A DNA stretch of 64,000 bases from Leptolyngbyaceae cyanobacterium. GTDB taxonomy: Bacteria; Cyanobacteriota; Cyanobacteriia; Phormidesmidales; Phormidesmidaceae. A program made the position numbers and the translations under genes. Under the pieces are notes generated by a model. That model saw only the letters and a list, made by a program, of their open reading frames with translations, was not told where the DNA came from and searched no databases. Below, piece after piece: positions 62,801 to 64,000 of the stretch (position 1 is its first letter; each line of letters starts with the position of its first letter). The DNA lies in the NCBI GenBank assembly GCA_965263355.1, contig CBDHHL010000056.1, positions 576,001-640,000 of the forward strand, read 5' to 3'.

Positions 62801-63770
62801 ACGTGAAAGAACGGCTGTAAACCAAACATAAGAAGGTTAAAAGCAATGGCGTTCTGGCCAGCTCTCGCACAGCCACATTATCGGATTTGCGAATTGATTT
62901 CCAACACTTTGCGGCCGCCTCAGTCCCCCCCTCGCCATCGGCAGAAAACCAGTTGTAGATAAAGTTCTTGATTTGCTCGTGACCATTACCCGCCAACGTT
63001 ATTTCTCGAAAGCTGGGGGATGGACTCCGATAAGCCGCCGCTCGACAAGATATCACGTAGCGATTTTTTTGATAACGTTCTACAAACGCTTCAATTTTAT
63101 CCAGAACCTTATGACGACCGGTCGATGAAACTTCGTCTAAACCATCGAATAAGATTAAAAACTGACCTTTCTTGAGGAGCTTTTCAGCAATTTCTGAGCT
63201 TTTTGGAAAATCAAATAACTCCAATTCATTAGCAATATAACCTTGAAAGCCAATTGTCCCCTCAGTAAACTTCTTCAAGTCAATCCAAATCGGAAAACAT
63301 CCGTGGTGAAACTCACTTTCGCTAACAGCTTTAATGGCTTCCAAACCAATTTTGCGAAGCAATGTAGTTTTCCCTACTCCTGGAGAGCCAATAATTGACA
63401 AATACTGTTGCTCATTAGCCACCCCTATGGCTGTTTTTTGAGACGATGAACGTGACTGTAGTTTACGATCCTTTCGAGTACGACAGGCTTTTTCCATATC
63501 ATCAATAGACATGGAGTTATTGATTTCGCTTTCTTCCAAGAACCGGACGGGAACGTAAACCGAATCCAGGCTTACGGACCTACTCATACCAAGTATTTTC
63601 AGCTTCCCGTGACGTTCTCTAAACCTATCCACATAGGCCTGAGAAGCAGACAAAATAGCTTGCCTCGTCTGTGTATTAGGACGCCTTCTAATTAAGCCAA
63701 AGAAAAATCCTCCCCTGCTCCTCAAGGCATCAATAATTAAACTCGCTAAAGATTGGGCCTCTGCAGACAT
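59889..63770 (-). CDS. NACHT NTPase fused to a second STAND/AAA-type ATPase
   Basis: GSPGVGKT, FDGLDE, ISCR, TPLLL, FSHLTFQEF; then FFGR, GLRKSGKS, LDNLD, LKPF, SGGHPFL. Confidence 0.88.
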   Translation of the reverse strand: MSAEAQSLASLIIDALRSRGGFFFGLIRRRPNTQTRQAILSASQAYVDRFRERHGKLKILGMSRSVSLDSVYVPVRFLEESEINNSMSIDDMEKACRTRKDRKLQSRSSSQKTAIGVANEQQYLSIIGSPGVGKTTLLRKIGLEAIKAVSESEFHHGCFPIWIDLKKFTEGTIGFQGYIANELELFDFPKSSEIAEKLLKKGQFLILFDGLDEVSSTGRHKVLDKIEAFVERYQKNRYVISCRAAAYRSPSPSFREITLAGNGHEQIKNFIYNWFSADGEGGTEAAAKCWKSIRKSDNVAVRELARTPLLLTFLCLVYSRSFTFSGNRSILYHEGLRILLEKWFDEKRVSKEGIYEGLHVELEEKLLAEIAYKAFKEDKLLFTKVNLVEHIRDFLLRELNAPSNLSGESILDAIAIQQGILVEQSKGIYSFSHLTFQEFLVAKYIHQNYSNQALSKMVRQYANDKRWEEVFLLIAGLKYDESNIIDLLLYLNQVAQGYINTEKLSSLWMWAAQVTADEPAPEKLIEKRANALYRAFHYSRILAQSSKLKGELEVVQALLQPFIYNLRASSDLTLTTHLINTFQSVVLQVKKTGKLSDTATRNRTQTELKKAVQLAKPLANTIRKRASVRSMRYLKSHDQRASIDEDLKKNEIFSGSDFLTLFEQLNRLSLNIPGTQFPSHIHQKFVEELKQVCLGILKVDESWLMLSRNEAKACQDCLYVTLLMLRCRQEAKRVSPELWASVEEQILSLTVGSYRSAMLTAHSFLDQVGAISKQEDEHNLLVTELPEQFGLKPPFLVSVVPEHLTENDINTLFQKSDEIRTHNPNLTGIILYEELPEPASRALIADLRVHQDFNVVPIALAEAEGVLANADDCKEVLSNHIIQYTDTTDFFKCKKPIRDKLLFFGRTELLVELATDLKNNQSVGIFGLRKSGKSSVIHQLSLMCQDNPLIYMDLQKYSEIGYGCELLDDILQNLYSLVHGKNPLLEKPSLLSEGDEPIKEASREFQQHFKRLAKDLEGVGYELPILCCLDNLDKLFPSSNEKFEEKAEEFNFVFSSLHALSQKEQLVSLVVTAVRPQCNRLKQWNFSETAKNPLHRFFKESFLKPFSIQESSSLINGIGSLMKWDFDRQTIQAIHRLSGGHPFLLRKVAGFLVRKAETQPEVNTTGQITYVFAQLHLRKVFRDQPLKAYVEHAMIGELRSYKSKPRVHHVLNALSIMTATSNNMDGWLRARTLLGFLAKKLNISEIQCLDAMHVLQNFGIIEQTEHPDGYDCYRIRVLLLHQWFQMLRKSKSA

Positions 63771-64000
63771 AGTAGGACGATCATCCAGATTTCAGAACTC
63801 TTAGTGATGATTTTTACATGAGACTATACTGTGAGTCTACCGTGAACCCGGTAGAAACCGCATGCACTATTTGACCTAGTAAATAACTCTATTTGATAGA
63901 AGCCTTTACTCAGATAGTAAACGGTAGCTTGGCCTGGGGATGTCATCACACATTGGCTCAGAGCGATTGAGCTATGAGGTGGTGTCCTAGACGGTAAACC

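Noticed and set aside
1..64000. rRNA, tRNA or prophage genes
   Set aside because: No such signatures recognised; HIP1 octamers are a normal cyanobacterial feature

Overview
Chromosomal window from a cyanobacterium. It carries at least 15 HIP1 GCGATCGC octamers, heptamer STRRs, and PEP-CTERM, PatA, DUF4278 and Uma2 genes; the gene content suggests a filamentous Leptolyngbya-like organism, but taxonomy cannot be fixed from sequence alone. Main blocks: (1) 0-9 kb, small genes mixed with decayed ones (frameshifted PEP-CTERM gene, broken hybrid kinase, chimeric pseudogene scar); (2) 10-31.4 kb, a 17-gene co-directional polysaccharide cluster resembling the Anabaena heterocyst-envelope (HEP) island (wza, wzc, hepC, hepA, Wzy-like, 8 glycosyltransferases) plus four sulfotransferases; (3) 34-39 kb, an RTX-like Ca-binding gene with 11 ~357-bp repeats, broken by a patchwork insertion; (4) an internally deleted IS630, a protein with a putative chromophore-less phycobiliprotein-like domain, DUF4278, an ECF sigma factor and a dynamin pair; (5) a PPC-metallopeptidase, an Amt with substituted pore residues, housekeeping genes, a stripped-down PatA/CheA pair and a 1293-aa protein with two STAND-type NTPase domains. 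Two small dispersed palindromic repeat families also occur. No rRNA, tRNA or CRISPR array was seen. All family assignments come from motif recognition by eye, not from database searches.
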